Source of the DNA: Octopus sinensis
Taxonomy: Eukaryota
DNA length: 64,000 bases
Assembly: GCF_006345805.1 (NCBI RefSeq)
Contig: NC_043005.1
Span: 63,426,001 to 63,490,000, forward strand
Direction of reading: 5' to 3'
Part shown: positions 50,001 through 62,846 of the stretch, piece by piece
Numbering within the stretch: position 1 is the stretch's first letter
Layout: each line of letters starts with the position of its first letter
The notes under the pieces: model-generated
What the model was told of the DNA's origin: nothing
Databases searched by the model: none
The model's input: the letters and a program-made list of their open reading frames with translations, nothing else
Position numbers and translations under genes: made by a program

Positions 50001-50439
50001 GCTTTCGTAGTTGATAAAATAAGTACCAGTTGAGCACTGGGACCAATCTAATCAACTTACTCCATTCCTAATATTTTTGACCTTGTGCCAACATTTCAAA
50101 CTATTATTATTAGCTAACTAGTTAACCACTTAAGCAATTAACAAAATCGATGGCGTGAATAATCGACTGAACAATTAACCAAACGATCGTGGCATAATGA
50201 ACCTCACAAGACATAATAAAACTGTTTACTATGAATTGCCAAAAAGTATTATCGTACTTCTCTAATCTGATTACTAACATAGTGACCAGGTCACTGTGCA
50301 TTGTAGACAGAACTGTCTACAATATAATAAGTAACCGTAACAGTGTGTGTAAGCGTGTGTACTTACATATGGCAATATCATATATATACACATATATATA
50401 TATATACACACACACACATATATATATACACACACACAC

Positions 50440-50488
<49 letters not shown>

Positions 50489-51365
50489 CACACACACACA
50501 TATATATGTAAACTCTGCAACCACGAGATTTCAAGTTCGATCTCACTGTATGAGAGCCCAGGCAGTAATTCTTCGCACTTTGGTTACTGTTTGAAGTATA
50601 CAACTAATGTCATCTGCATTTTATTGAGTTTTGTCTCACGAAACAGCTTACAGTTTCAGGATATGTTGTCTAGAATTCTTCTCTTTGCCTTACCGCTCCA
50701 CTCCCAGTAAAGGCCAATCTTAGTTTGTTAGTCAATGATTTCCGTAATTTTAAGCGGCATTTAGGATTTTTTTGTCTGTTGTAGCTCTAAAATAAGAATT
50801 TCAACATAATTTCGGATGCATTGCTGTTCTAACTCCTACTGTTATTCAACAGATAAACTTTTACCATGCAACTGTTAGCTAATCCAAATCTTCCTCAAAG
50901 AACTTCTGTGTCCTTCTTTCATTGCCAGCTCAACGGCATCAGTGGGAACTACTGGTATTATTTCTTCATAAAATTCTGCGATGTCGTAGTGTGATTCTGG
51001 CTATTTATGCAGTTCTCGCTTATTTTGTCCCAGACTGCTTCAATATTTTATCTTTAGGTTTCATGTGTGGTACTTCCTCCACCCCCACCCCGAGTCCTGA
51101 ATAGACTATTCATCTTGTCCATCTGTTTGTTCAACCGGTTATTTTAAAATGCAACAAATGCTGAAGACCTTGCTATTGGACATTACTCTCCGAACCATGG
51201 GGTTGAATAAGGCTGTAGTGTTTGATAGTAGATGAATCAGTTCGACAGGAATGCCGGTCTGATGAGTATCGAGGTACTAAGATTGTCTTGAGTCACCACC
51301 AATGCCTTGGGTTCAAGTAATGTTCTTCATAATATTTTTTACCTCTGGTAAAAAATATAATATAT

Positions 51366-51780
51366 GGCGGCGAGCTGGCAGAATCGTTAGCACGCCGGGC
51401 GAAATGCGTTGCCATATTTCGTCTGCCGTTACGTTCTGAGTTCAAGTACCGCCGAGGTTGACTTTGCCTTTCATCCTTTCGGGCTCGATAAATTATGTAC
51501 CAGTTACACACTGGAGTCGATGTAATCGGCTTAATTCGTGTCTGTCCTTGTTTGTCCCTTCTGTGTTAAGCCCCTTGTGGGTAGTAAAGAAATAGGTATT
51601 TCATCTGCCGTTACGTTCTGAGTTCAAATTTCGCCGAGGTCGACTTTGCCTTTCATCCTTTTGGGGTCGATTAAATAAGTACTAGTTACGCACTGGGGTC
51701 GATGTAATCGACTTAATCCCTTTGTCTGTCCTTGTTTGTCCCCTCTATGTTTAGCTCCCTGTGGGCAATAAAGAAATAAA
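51366..51780 (+). mobile_element. SINE family B head-to-tail dimer
   Basis: Full copy 51366-51595, then a second copy restarting at gtatttcatctgccgttacg. Confidence 0.85.
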
Positions 51781-52302
51781 AATTTTTTTCCTCTGGTCAA
51801 AGATATGGCGTAAACCAAAGCGTAAAAAGTTTATTGTCACCCAGGCCTTCTTGTCTGATTTCAAGCTCACAGACAGTTTTGATATTCCTTTCATTAGTAG
51901 TGGTGTTTTTGAATAACAAATGAGCACTGATTTCAGATTGAAGTTTACTGAAATACTACTGCCAATTAGTAATGTTAAACTTTTTTGAGTGTATGTAGTT
52001 TTAAACCCCAAAACATTGAATTGATGACAACAGTTTCTAGCTAGATGGATTGGATTAGTAAGGGGAAAATCTCTTCGGCACATCATTTAATTGTTAATGG
52101 GATAAGATAGTTTGCTGTCACCTCGATGACTTATCTCTCTGGAATACAAATAAGTATAGACACATGATATAAACACTAACTAAAGCAGTGGTTTAGAAGC
52201 TCACATATACTTGCCCCGACTAAAATATAGTAAAATTTTTCTCTTACCTTTATTATCAAGAAGACAAGATAGTGTTTGTATTCTATGTAATTATTTCTTC
52301 AA

Positions 52303-52700
52303 CGGGAGTGGCTATGTGGTAAGTAGCTTGCTTACGAACCACATGGATCCGGGTTCAGTCCCACTGCGTGCCACCTTCGGCAAGTGTCTTCTACTATAGC
52401 CTCGGACCGACCAGAGCCTTGTGAGTGGATTTGGTTGACGGAAACTGAAAGAAGCCCGTCGTATATATGCATATATATATGTATGTATGTTTGTGTGTCT
52501 GTCTTTGTCCCCCCAACATCGCTTGACAACCGATGCTGGTGTGTTTACGTCCCCGTAACTTAGCGGTTCGGCAAGAGAGGCTGATAGAATAAGTACTAGG
52601 CATACAAACAATAAGTCCTGGGGTCGATTTGCTCGACTAAAAGGCGGTGCTCCAGCATGGCCACAGTCAAATTACTGAAACAAGTAAAGAGTAAAAAGTA
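52303..52700 (+). mobile_element. SINE family A, full length, CpG-retaining
   Basis: Head-to-tail match to 756-1155. Confidence 0.9.
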
Positions 52701-53625
52701 TGATGTTGGACAATTTTCAAAATATTTAATCCATAATAATTTTCTTAAATATCGCTAATCTTTCCGCCTCTTTTTAAATCCTCACGTGCCTACTCCCACG
52801 GGAAACCCTGGTTTGTCACTTTGTTTGTTTGGACATGAAGCTTATATTGTTGGCAACGAGTCGTAAGAATGTAGATAGGTACGTACAAACATAATTTTTT
52901 CCTGCGGAATAATGCTTCTAAACACAAAAATTCACGTTTTACAAGTGATAAATATGTTTTTTAAAGGCGTGATACTCAGTAAAACATTAGAAAATCATCA
53001 GGTGTTTTTAAAACGAATATCGCAATTGAAAAATATATTATTTTCACTCCGATTTTGTTTGGGAATACCTTTGAAGATTTAATTGATCACTTCACAAAGA
53101 AAATAGCAACAACAGTGTTATGTGTGGTTTGTGTTCTAATGGGATAGACAACCAAATGAAGACCATTGTTTTTGTTACGTGTTTATTTTCTATTCATGAT
53201 ACACGGACTCGACATTCAGCGTAGTAATACATTATATACTTTACACACAGTTGTACTGTTCACTAACAAAATAGTGCCAAGAGTGGGAATGTAGTTTGGC
53301 ATACGCAAACACATAGATATGAATGTGTATCAAACAGATAATCCAAAAACATCATCGTCGTCGTCGTCGTCATCCCTACCACCAACAACATCACCGATAG
53401 CAACAAGAAAGGCAAAATACAAAGTATTTTAAATGATTTGAATCACAACCGAAAATATTTCGGTAATTAATCTAAAGATGTTTCAACATGATCGTCGGTC
53501 CTGCTAGACACAGCAGTCAATTTTCCTCCCAATGACAAATTATCTTTGTTACGATAGGAAGCAATGAAATATGCTTGAGACGTTTGATTAGAAATATTTA
53601 TATTTTTGTAAACAAACAATGTTTG

Positions 53626-53843
53626 TTTCTTTACTACCCACAAGGGGCTAAAACAGAGGGGACAAACAAGGACAGACAAACGAATTAAGTCGATTACATC
53701 GACCCCAGTGGGTAACTGGTATTTAATTTATCGACCCTGAAAGGCAAAGTCGACCTCGGCGGAATTTGAACTCAGAACGTTACGACTGACGAAATACGTC
53801 TACTCATTTCGCCGGGCGTGCTAACGGTTCTGCCAGCTCGCCA
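53626..53843 (-). mobile_element. SINE family B
   Basis: Reverse complement of 51366-51595. Confidence 0.9.
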
Positions 53844-53899
53844 GTTATCGTTACTACGAACGACAAATACCAAGATAGTTCGAAACATTGTTCTTTCAC

Positions 53900-54085
53900 T
53901 AGGTATCATAGTAGTTGCAGTCGTAGTGTCAGCTGATCAGTGTGTGTTGTCGTCGCCGTCCGCTTATTATTTTGCGTTGTGACATCACTCCAGCTAGCTG
54001 CTGATTTTGTAACTGTCTTCTGACTGCCATCTTCTGTATCCGGTCTGATGTCAGCCACCCAGCGTCTGTCGGTAGTGGCTAAAAT
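53900..54085. promoter_or_regulatory. CpG-rich 5'-UTR/promoter-like island
   Basis: gtcgtcgccgtccgc and YY1-like gccatctt (~54026); non-repetitive; lies at the edge of the CpG-rich domain. Confidence 0.35.
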
Positions 54086-55081
54086 GTGCCGAATATATAA
54101 TATAAATAATATATAAATATATGCACATATACATACATACATATATGAACATACCTACATATATATGTATATATACATGCATATATGGGTATAGGACATC
54201 AGAAACGTTGAACACAATGAGAAACGAAAACATAACCATAGAAACGAACTTATTTTCGAACAACGATAAAAACAAACAGAGAAACGAGACATACAATATA
54301 AAGAATATTCCCCTTCTTCAGTTGTCCCTGTTTCATTTACTCTGCAAATTCGAAGGCAAGGACAAGACGCAACTTCGTTGAAACAACCCTTCCCGCAAAG
54401 CAAATTAAATAAAATATGGGATTTTTTTGCGGAGAGTGAAAGTGGTAACAAGAACAGGACAGTGAGAACAAAACAGTAAAAACAAACTGTGAGAGTTGTT
54501 AAGTCAAGACGATATAAAAATTATTATGAACACTAGGAAGATGAGTTTATGAAGGATACAGTATAGTTGTGTTCTTGCTCAGATGAAATTGTTGTTAGAT
54601 CTGGATTTGGTAGCAGAAAACTGTCATATATATCTATATCTATGCATGTGTGTGACTTTGTGTCTGTATTCATCCCCCCAACACACTGCTTCACAACTGG
54701 TGTTGGTGTGTTTTAAGTCCCCATAACTTAGCAGTTTGGCAAAAGAGACCAATAGAATAAGTACCAGGCTGAACAGAGGGAAAAATATGTACTGGGGTCG
54801 ATTCAACTAAAACTTCTTCAATGCAGTGCACCAGCATGGCCGCAGTCTAAAACTAAAGGAAGGAAAACATCTAATAAAACAGTAGTCTCTTAGCAAGTGA
54901 CTTTTGCAGCTTCTTTTATCAGCTCATAGCATAGGTTCTTAGCATCCAGGAGTAAAAAAAGTTTTAGCACCCTCATCTTAATTAACAGGCATTGATTGTT
55001 CATAGGAAATTTTGCACTTGCTGGCTAGTTCTCTTTCCCTCATTTTCAACTTTCATCAAAGAAGAATTAAGATCTCAAGAT

Positions 55082-55216
55082 AAGATTTGATGACACAGAA
55101 CTGACCTGGCTAGCAAATGCTAGCATGGAAAGTCAAATGTTAGAATGATTTATTGTTGTTGATGATGATGATATGTGAGTTTTACGATGGTTGCAAATGC
55201 ACAAGTGATTCAAGTC
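55082..55216 (+). repeat. Left arm of a 135-bp near-perfect inverted duplication
   Basis: Reverse complement of 56436-56570; I see two substitutions. Confidence 0.9.
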
Positions 55217-56435
55217 TGAGATACAGGTTTAATTCCTGGCTGAGAGCCATTTCATTCCATTACATGACTGTAGTCAATAGGCTGACAAGAAAGGTGTGGG
55301 ACTCTGCCAAATTGACTGACTCTGCAACGCGTTACATGAAAACTAAATCTAAGCTGGTGGCCAAATATCACATTAAAGATTATGAGTATTTTCATCTATT
55401 CCTTTATATATTTAAGTATATATTAAATGATATACACATAACTGTTAAACGTTGTGGGAAATTAAATATCACTTTGCTTATATTTAGCTCAATTCCAAAT
55501 GTTTATTTTTATTTTTTCCATATATAGTTCTCCTACTGTGTTAATTCAATTTACATTCACTTGGAATACAGACTGGGAATATGCTACTTTTATGATATTA
55601 AATGTATTAGTATTCTTTATTTTCACATTAAACATATGGTAACTTGTAAGGTTTGGATACAGAAAGGTAAAGCATTTCCCAATATGCCACAAGGTATCTC
55701 ACTTAATGGAGTATTATTATTTATCCTTAAAGTTGGTTAATGAATAGACTGGATGTTATTAACTATTGTCTGTTCATGATTAATTATAGAAACTTTAAAA
55801 GTAAACAACTTTTGAAAACATTCGATATCATAAGACTGAATCTGTTTGAAAAGAATAAAGTGTTTTTGTTTTTAGAAGTCACACAAGGCCAAACTATTGC
55901 AGAACAGGGTTACAGGTGATTTGTTTAACTCAAGTTTATATCTGATATATATTTATTGATTCTGGAGGAATGAAGTACAGGCATCACTTCTGTAAAATTA
56001 GTGTCCAACTATTTCAATCATGGTGTGTTATTTAGGAGGGAAAGGTTTGATTGTAAGGGTCTTAGGAAATCAGAATACTCGATAAGCTTATAGAAAGTAA
56101 TAGCTGATGTTATAATGTTTACTTATATTTTTCAGCGATAAAGCACATTGTAAGGAAAAACTCAAATGAAAGCTGATGTAAATATACAAGTAGTGCTTAT
56201 GAGTTTCCATAATTTTATATGTAAGTTTATATGTCATGTGAAGAAAGGTATCTGACGTTTTGGGGCTGTCCCTTCATGTAAGAGAAAGAAAAATGTTTTT
56301 CAGAAAACAAAGAGCCCTGAATTGTTAGATTCCACTTATCCCAATAGCATACAAATCTATGTGAAAGTGCATGGCTTGATCGAGAGGATATTTGATGTCT
56401 CTCAATCATGGGTTCAATTCCTGGACTGAGTAAGT

Positions 56436-56570
56436 GACTTGAATCACTTGTGCATTTGCAACCATTGTAAAACTCACATATCATCATCATCATCAACAAT
56501 AAATCATTCTAACATTTGACTTTCCATGCTAGCATTTGCTAGCCAGGTCAGTTCTGTGTCATCAAATCTT
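56436..56570 (-). repeat. Right arm of a 135-bp near-perfect inverted duplication
   Basis: gacttgaatcac...gtcatcaaatctt is the reverse complement of 55082-55216. Confidence 0.9.
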
Positions 56571-57373
56571 GCTCCAGTCTACACAGCTGTATTGAGTTCC
56601 ACCCTAGTGTTGGTGTAGCTTGCTCTTCCTCCAGCTGCTACATCTTGGATGTTCCACTTTACATTGTAGCGAGTGACAGCTGTCTGTAGAAACCAATCCA
56701 AATTCAGAATCAAATACATCTTTGTTGGTTTTTTTGTTTGTTTGTTTTTTGTTGTTGCCTTTTGTATTTCTTTTGTTTGTTTTGAAGTTCCTGTGAATAG
56801 TAGTTGTCATACCTTTGCTACAACTAAACACAAATTGACCATGAAGTAATATAACATTATCAGTCAAATAAACCAAGACATGAAAATATAATTATCTTTT
56901 ACTATTTAAATTATGAAACATAAGCTTCTCCATAATGTAAATATTATCAAAACCACATGTTAACATCTGTTGCATAAATGCCAGTCTGTATTCCAAGTGA
57001 ATGCCAGAAGCTGCAGGCTTTTGTCTTGGAAAAGTATCTTTAAAGACGTATAGTGTTAGAAAACACGATATAGTTTACATCTAGATGAAACAAAATCACC
57101 TCAGAAGTGATCAGGAAAGTAACAGATACCATAGTTTACCATTGTTGCAGATTATTATTTTTATTATCATGGCCACTTGAAGTGGATGGAGCTTGTGGAA
57201 GAGGGCAGGAAGACATGAGATGAAATATTGAAGGCTGATTTCAAGACACTGAGCCTTATGAAGGAAATGACTGAGGACCAAGATAACTGGTGCCTTGCTG
57301 TACTCAAGAAGACCTGTTTACCACTGCAGAATTGATACTGCTGCTGGTGCCACATAAAAAGTACTAGGTGTAA

Positions 57374-57772
57374 GAGTGGCTGTGTGGTAAGTAGCTTGCT
57401 TAACAACCACATGGTTCCAGGTTCAGTTCCACTGCGTGGCACCATGGGCAAGTGTCTTCTATTATAGCTTTGGGCTGACCAAAGCCTTGTGAGAGGATTT
57501 GGTAGACGGAAACTGAAAGAATCCCATCGTATATATATATTTATATATATGTATGTATATGTTTGCGTGTCTGTGTTTGTCCCCCCAACATCGCTTGACA
57601 ACTGATGCTGGTGTGTTTACGTCCCCATAACTTAGTGGTTCAGCAAAATAAACTAATAGAATAAGTACTAGGCTTACAAAGAATAAGTCCTGGGGTTGAT
57701 TTGCTCGACTAAAGGCAGTGCTCCAGCATGGCCACAGTCAAATGACTAAAACAATTAAAAGAGTAAAGAGTA
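57374..57772 (+). mobile_element. SINE family A nested in an RTE 3'-UTR repeat (57260-57985)
   Basis: RTE-type ggtgccacataaaaa units on both sides of a full SINE A. Confidence 0.85.
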
Positions 57773-58893
57773 TGCTGCTGCCATGTTAAGAGAGCACTAG
57801 TGCTGGTGCCACATAAAAAACACCCAGTACATTCTGTGGAGTAGCAGGCATTAGGAAGGGTATCCAGTCATAGAAACCATGCCAGAACTGACAATCAAGC
57901 CTGGTGCAACCATGGCCTTACCAGTTCTGGTCAAACCGTCCAACCAATGCCAGCATAGAAAACAGACTTCAAATAATGATGATGACTGCTCTGCCACTTA
58001 AGTTGGGAGTCATTTGATTCTCTTGAAGAACAATCCTAGTAATATCAACTATTATTACACTTTGGACCTTTATTTAATTGAAATTTGGTCTCATGTGGTA
58101 AAAACAACAGTTGTTTCCTAGCCAAGATATGAAAATGGTATTACAATTGGGAGTTGGCAATAGATTGGAGTAATCAGGGAAAAGTAAATAATTGAATAAA
58201 ATCACTAGAATTTCAGAAACATATTGGCCAGTATTGACAGGAGACATACCGGAAAAGAAAAAAATAATATTGTGAGAGTACTGGAGAGAGAAATAGCTAA
58301 TACTTTAGATAAACATAGAGAAGTAGGGTTTGCTTGAAACAATACATTATATAATTTCTCTCCTTATACCTATACCATAATTGTGTGTTTTGCTGACACA
58401 GGCAATGATTTTGTAAATTTTGTATAAGTAACTTGGGCAGTATTTTGTTAAAATAGACATTCATGAACCATAGTTAATACATACACATTGTTACGGGCAA
58501 GTTGCTGTAGTATTTGTCTTGAAGTAACATCTCATATGGATTGTGTTAAAAGCACAATAAATATCCAAGTGAGACAAAAATTTCTCCCACCAATAACTAG
58601 CAAAAACACCAGATTCATGACAGTGTGTATACATTGAGTATGATACATAGGTGGCTATTTTAATTAAATACTGCTTGAATTGCACATACCAAATTTTAAA
58701 TCAGCCAAGCAATTATTTGCCATATCAGTGGATGTTTTATTCAATTTTTCCTTTATAAGAAATGATGAATTCCCATTATAGCATGTGGCTAGCTGCAAGT
58801 AGGTATCATTGAAAAGGCCCAAAAAGTGTATCTGATATGCTTGTTAGCTACTGCTGGGACAAATTGTCATCTCTCTCTAGTATTTATTGATTT

Positions 58894-59340
58894 AAGGTGG
58901 CAAGCTGGTAGAAACGTTAGCATGCCGGGTGAAATGCTTAGCGGTATTTCGTCTGCCACTACGTTCTGAGTTCAAATTCCGCCAAGGTCAACTTTGCCTT
59001 TCATCCTTTTGGGGTCGATTAAATAAGTACCAGTTATGCACTGAGGTCGATATAATCGACTTAATCCGTTTGTCTATCCTTGTTCGTCCCCTCTGTGTTT
59101 AGTCCTTGTGGGTAGTAAAGCAATAGGTATTTATTGATTTCAAATTTTGTCACTAGGCTAGCAATTTCAGGAGAAGGGGTAAGTCGATTACATGATCCTC
59201 AGTATTCAACTGGTACTTGTTTTATTGACCTCAAAAGGATGAAAGGCAAAGTTGACCTCAGCAGAATTTGACCCCAGAACATAAAGATGGATGAAATGTC
59301 ACTAAGCATTTTGTTCATTGTGCTAATGATTTTTGCCACC
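58894..59340. mobile_element. Adjacent opposite-orientation SINE family B copies (+58894-59125, -59140-59340)
   Basis: Plus copy aaggtggcaagctggtagaaacg...; minus copy ggatgaaaggcaaagttgacctcagcagaatttg. Confidence 0.8.
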
Positions 59341-61077
59341 TTCTCTTGGATATTTATTGTGGCTTTAGCACAGCAAGTCCATAACAGATGTTATATCAGG
59401 ACAAATACTGTAGTAACTGGCATTTTAACAATGTATATACATGAAGCATAGTACATAGATAGATTTTTCAATGTTTTTAATTTTTCATGACCAGAAAAAC
59501 AGACTAAAAGCTGTTGTCAGTATTTGAACTCAAAGCATATTCTTCTAATAGCACAATAGCTTACACACTCACCACAGTGCTTCATATAAAATATGTATTA
59601 GTCATTGTATCATTGTTTCATTTGATATATAATTACAGAACAGGAAGAGATAAAATTCACATTCGACAGACAACTTTTCACTATATGCTAATTAAATCTC
59701 CAGGCAAATTTTAAGTAATTATATGTTTCCAGAATATCTTACTGCAAATCCTTTGATTAAAGATTAATTGCTGATTAAAGATACCTTATAAAATTTCTTA
59801 ATATCACTTAGGCTATTTGCCACCTTTGACCAAATAAAAAAAAATCAATTTATGACACAACAAGATCAACAGCTTCAATTAGTTACAGCATACTTTATAT
59901 TAAGCCAATCCTTTCTGAATAACAAGAAACCATTATATTTGCATTGAACTGAATTTCTACAGAAATAAATTGTACAAGTATCTCTCTGCTTAGTATCAAA
60001 TACTCTCTTCTTTATTTATATGAATAAGGCTAATATACATCATATTGGTTGCTTAAGATATTCTACATCTTAAACTTTTAATGCTTCCTTCATAGCTTAG
60101 AGGCTTAAGCCAAATTATTAGAATTCTTTACTATGAATATAGCACAAGTTAAACCAAAAATCTGGCATTTAGCAAGTAATGAAACAAAACTAAATTTAGT
60201 TCAAAGGAGCACAGTTATAAATGATCTGAAGTACAAGTAAAGTAGACTTGATTACATAACACCAAGAATAAATAGAGGCAAAAAAATACCAACACCAAAG
60301 GAAGAGCAGTCTAACCAAAATATACCTTGAAATAGAACAACATCCGGAAAGCGCAAAATGCAGATCAACTAGATAGAATATAAAAGCATTAATTGCATAT
60401 AACAACAAATATTATTTGTAACAATTAAGAAAAATTGCACTTACAGAAGTAATAAAGGTATATATCTTCATTTAATTCCCAATAATATATATTCTTTTCT
60501 ACATATAGTGTGTTCTTTCATTTTGCTTACAAACAGTAACATATATCTGCATATATGTGAAAGTGTGTGTATGTGTGTGTATGCGTATGCATGTATTCAT
60601 GTAAGATCGTTTTTTAAGTAGAATATTTTACTTTTAATATCACTTGGATGTTATTCTACATGTTATTCTGGCATAGGAAAATCAATGTAAGAAGATGTTC
60701 TGGTCTTGGATTCCCAGCTCATTGAATATGGAAATCAAAAGTGATGCAACCATTTACAACATTCTCCTGAAAATGATTGCAAAAGATCAATTTCCATAAA
60801 GAATTGATTAGTTGAATTCTATAAAGAATTTGTTAATAAATGCCAAAATTCCATTTGGTGGGTGTAATTGATCTCGGAAACAACAAAATAGCAGAGACAG
60901 TGAATTTCAAAATAACCATATGCTTTGGTACCATTCAGAACATAATAGAAATCATGATTCAGATAATATCACCATTACCATGTTTCATGTACACCCCACA
61001 TAAGTACATGCACATATATACTTACACATGTATATATATGCACATACACACAAATATATATATATATATATATATAT

Positions 61078-62592
61078 GTGCGGAAACTGGGGATTAGTGA
61101 ATGGTTAATAAGGGCTGTACAAGCCCTATACAGAGAGGACGTTGGTAAGGTTAGGATTGGCAGAAAGTATAGTACAGAATTCCGAGTAGAAGTAGGGGTC
61201 CACCAAGGTTCAGCCCTCAGCCCCCTTTTATTCATTATAGTCCTCCAGGCAATAACAGAGGAATTCAAGACAGGTTGCCCCTGGGAGCTCCTTTATGCTG
61301 ATAACCTGGCCCTCATAGCAGAATCACTACCAGAAATAGAGAAGAAATTTCAGATGTGAAAGCAAGGTTTAGAATCAAAAGGCCTTAGAGTCAATGTATG
61401 GAAGACCAAAGTTCTAGTAAGTAGGAAGGCAAACACATCACACACACCCTCAGGTAGGTGGCCCTACTCGATCTGTAGAAAAGGTGTGGGTAGAAACTCC
61501 ATAAGATGTACCCAGTGAAAGCTGTGGACACATAAGAGGTGCTGCAACATCAAAGGAAGATTAACTGAAAAGATAGCTTTTGTGTGCAGCAGATGCACAG
61601 GGGCAATAAACACCACTGATACTCAGAAAACAGATTCCATCACATTACAGGGGGAGAAACTAGTAGTTGATAGCTTCCGCTATCTTGATGACCAAGTTAG
61701 TAGTGGGGGTGGATGCTCAGAGAGTGTTACCACTAGAATAAGAATAGCCTGGGCAAAGTTTAGAAAGCTTCTACCACTATTGGTAACAAAGGGCCTCTCG
61801 TTCAGAGTGAAAGATAGATTGTACGATGCATGTATGCAAACTGCCATACTTCACGGCAGTAAAACATGGGCCATGGCTGCAGAGGAAATGCGTAGGCTTG
61901 AAAGAAATGAAGCTAGCATGATCCGCTGGATGTGTAATGTCAGTGTGCACACACGACAGAGTGTAAGCGCCCTGAGAGAAATGTTGGACATAAGAAACAT
62001 TGGATGTGGCATGCAAGAGAGACGTCTGTGCTGGTATGGTCACGTACTATGGATGGATGAGGAGAGCTGTGTGAAGAAGTGCCACTCTCAAAAAGTTGAA
62101 GGAATCTGGAGTAGAGGTAGACCCAGGAAGACATGGGATAAAGTGGTGAAACATGACCTTCAAACGTTGGGCCTCACAGTGGCAATGACAAAAGGCCGAG
62201 ACATCTGGAGATATGCTGTGACTGCAAAAATCTGGCAAATAAAGTGAGTTCATGGCTGTGTCCTACACCAATTTCGCATAACCAGCCCCAACCTATTCAA
62301 AAGCACCTTAGATTGTAGGGCGACCTGCTGTGCTTGAGGAGATCTATTGAGTCAATACATCAACATCAAAATGAAAATCAAATGGAAATTATAGTTGTGA
62401 TACATGTGCTAGTGGCACATAAAAAGCAGCCACTACACTCATGGAGTGGTTGGCGTTAGGAAGGGCATCCAGGTGTAGAAACACTGCCAGATCAGATTGG
62501 AGCCTGGTGCAGCATTCTGGCTTCCCAGACCCTGGTCAAACCATCCAACCCATGCTAGCATGGAAAGCGAACATTAAACGATGATGATGATG
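61078..62592 (+). mobile_element. 5'-truncated RTE-clade LINE: RT C-terminal half, Cys-rich insert, C-terminal region, 3' UTR and (GAT)n tail; inactive
   Basis: GVHQGSALSPLLF (RT motif), LLYADN (YADD mutated), GLRVNVWKTK, FRYL, RIAWAKFR, RGRPRKTW; ORFs 61078-61359 and 61582-62247 share a frame separated by in-frame stops. Confidence 0.92.
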
Positions 62593-62613
62593 GTATATAT
62601 ATGTATATAATAG

Positions 62614-62846
62614 AAGGCGGCGAGCTGGCAGAAACGTTAGCACGCCGGGCGAAATTCGTAGCCGTATTTCGTCTGTCGTTGCGTTCCGAGTTCAAATTCT
62701 GCAGAGGTCGACTTTGCCTTTCATCCTTTCGGGGTCAATAAATTAAGTACCAGTTACGCACTGGGATCGATGTAATCAACTTAATCCCTTTGTCTGTCCT
62801 TGTTTGTCCCCTCTGTGTTTAGCCCCTTGTGGGTAGTAAAGAAATA
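62614..62846 (+). mobile_element. SINE family B, young copy
   Basis: aaggcggcgagctggcagaaacgttagcacgccgggcg...gtgggtagtaaagaaata. Confidence 0.9.

Noticed and set aside
697-57601. Recurrent MLGGQTQTH.../...RRHLPKVP.SGTEP ORF family
   Set aside because: Antisense reading of SINE family A, not a gene family.
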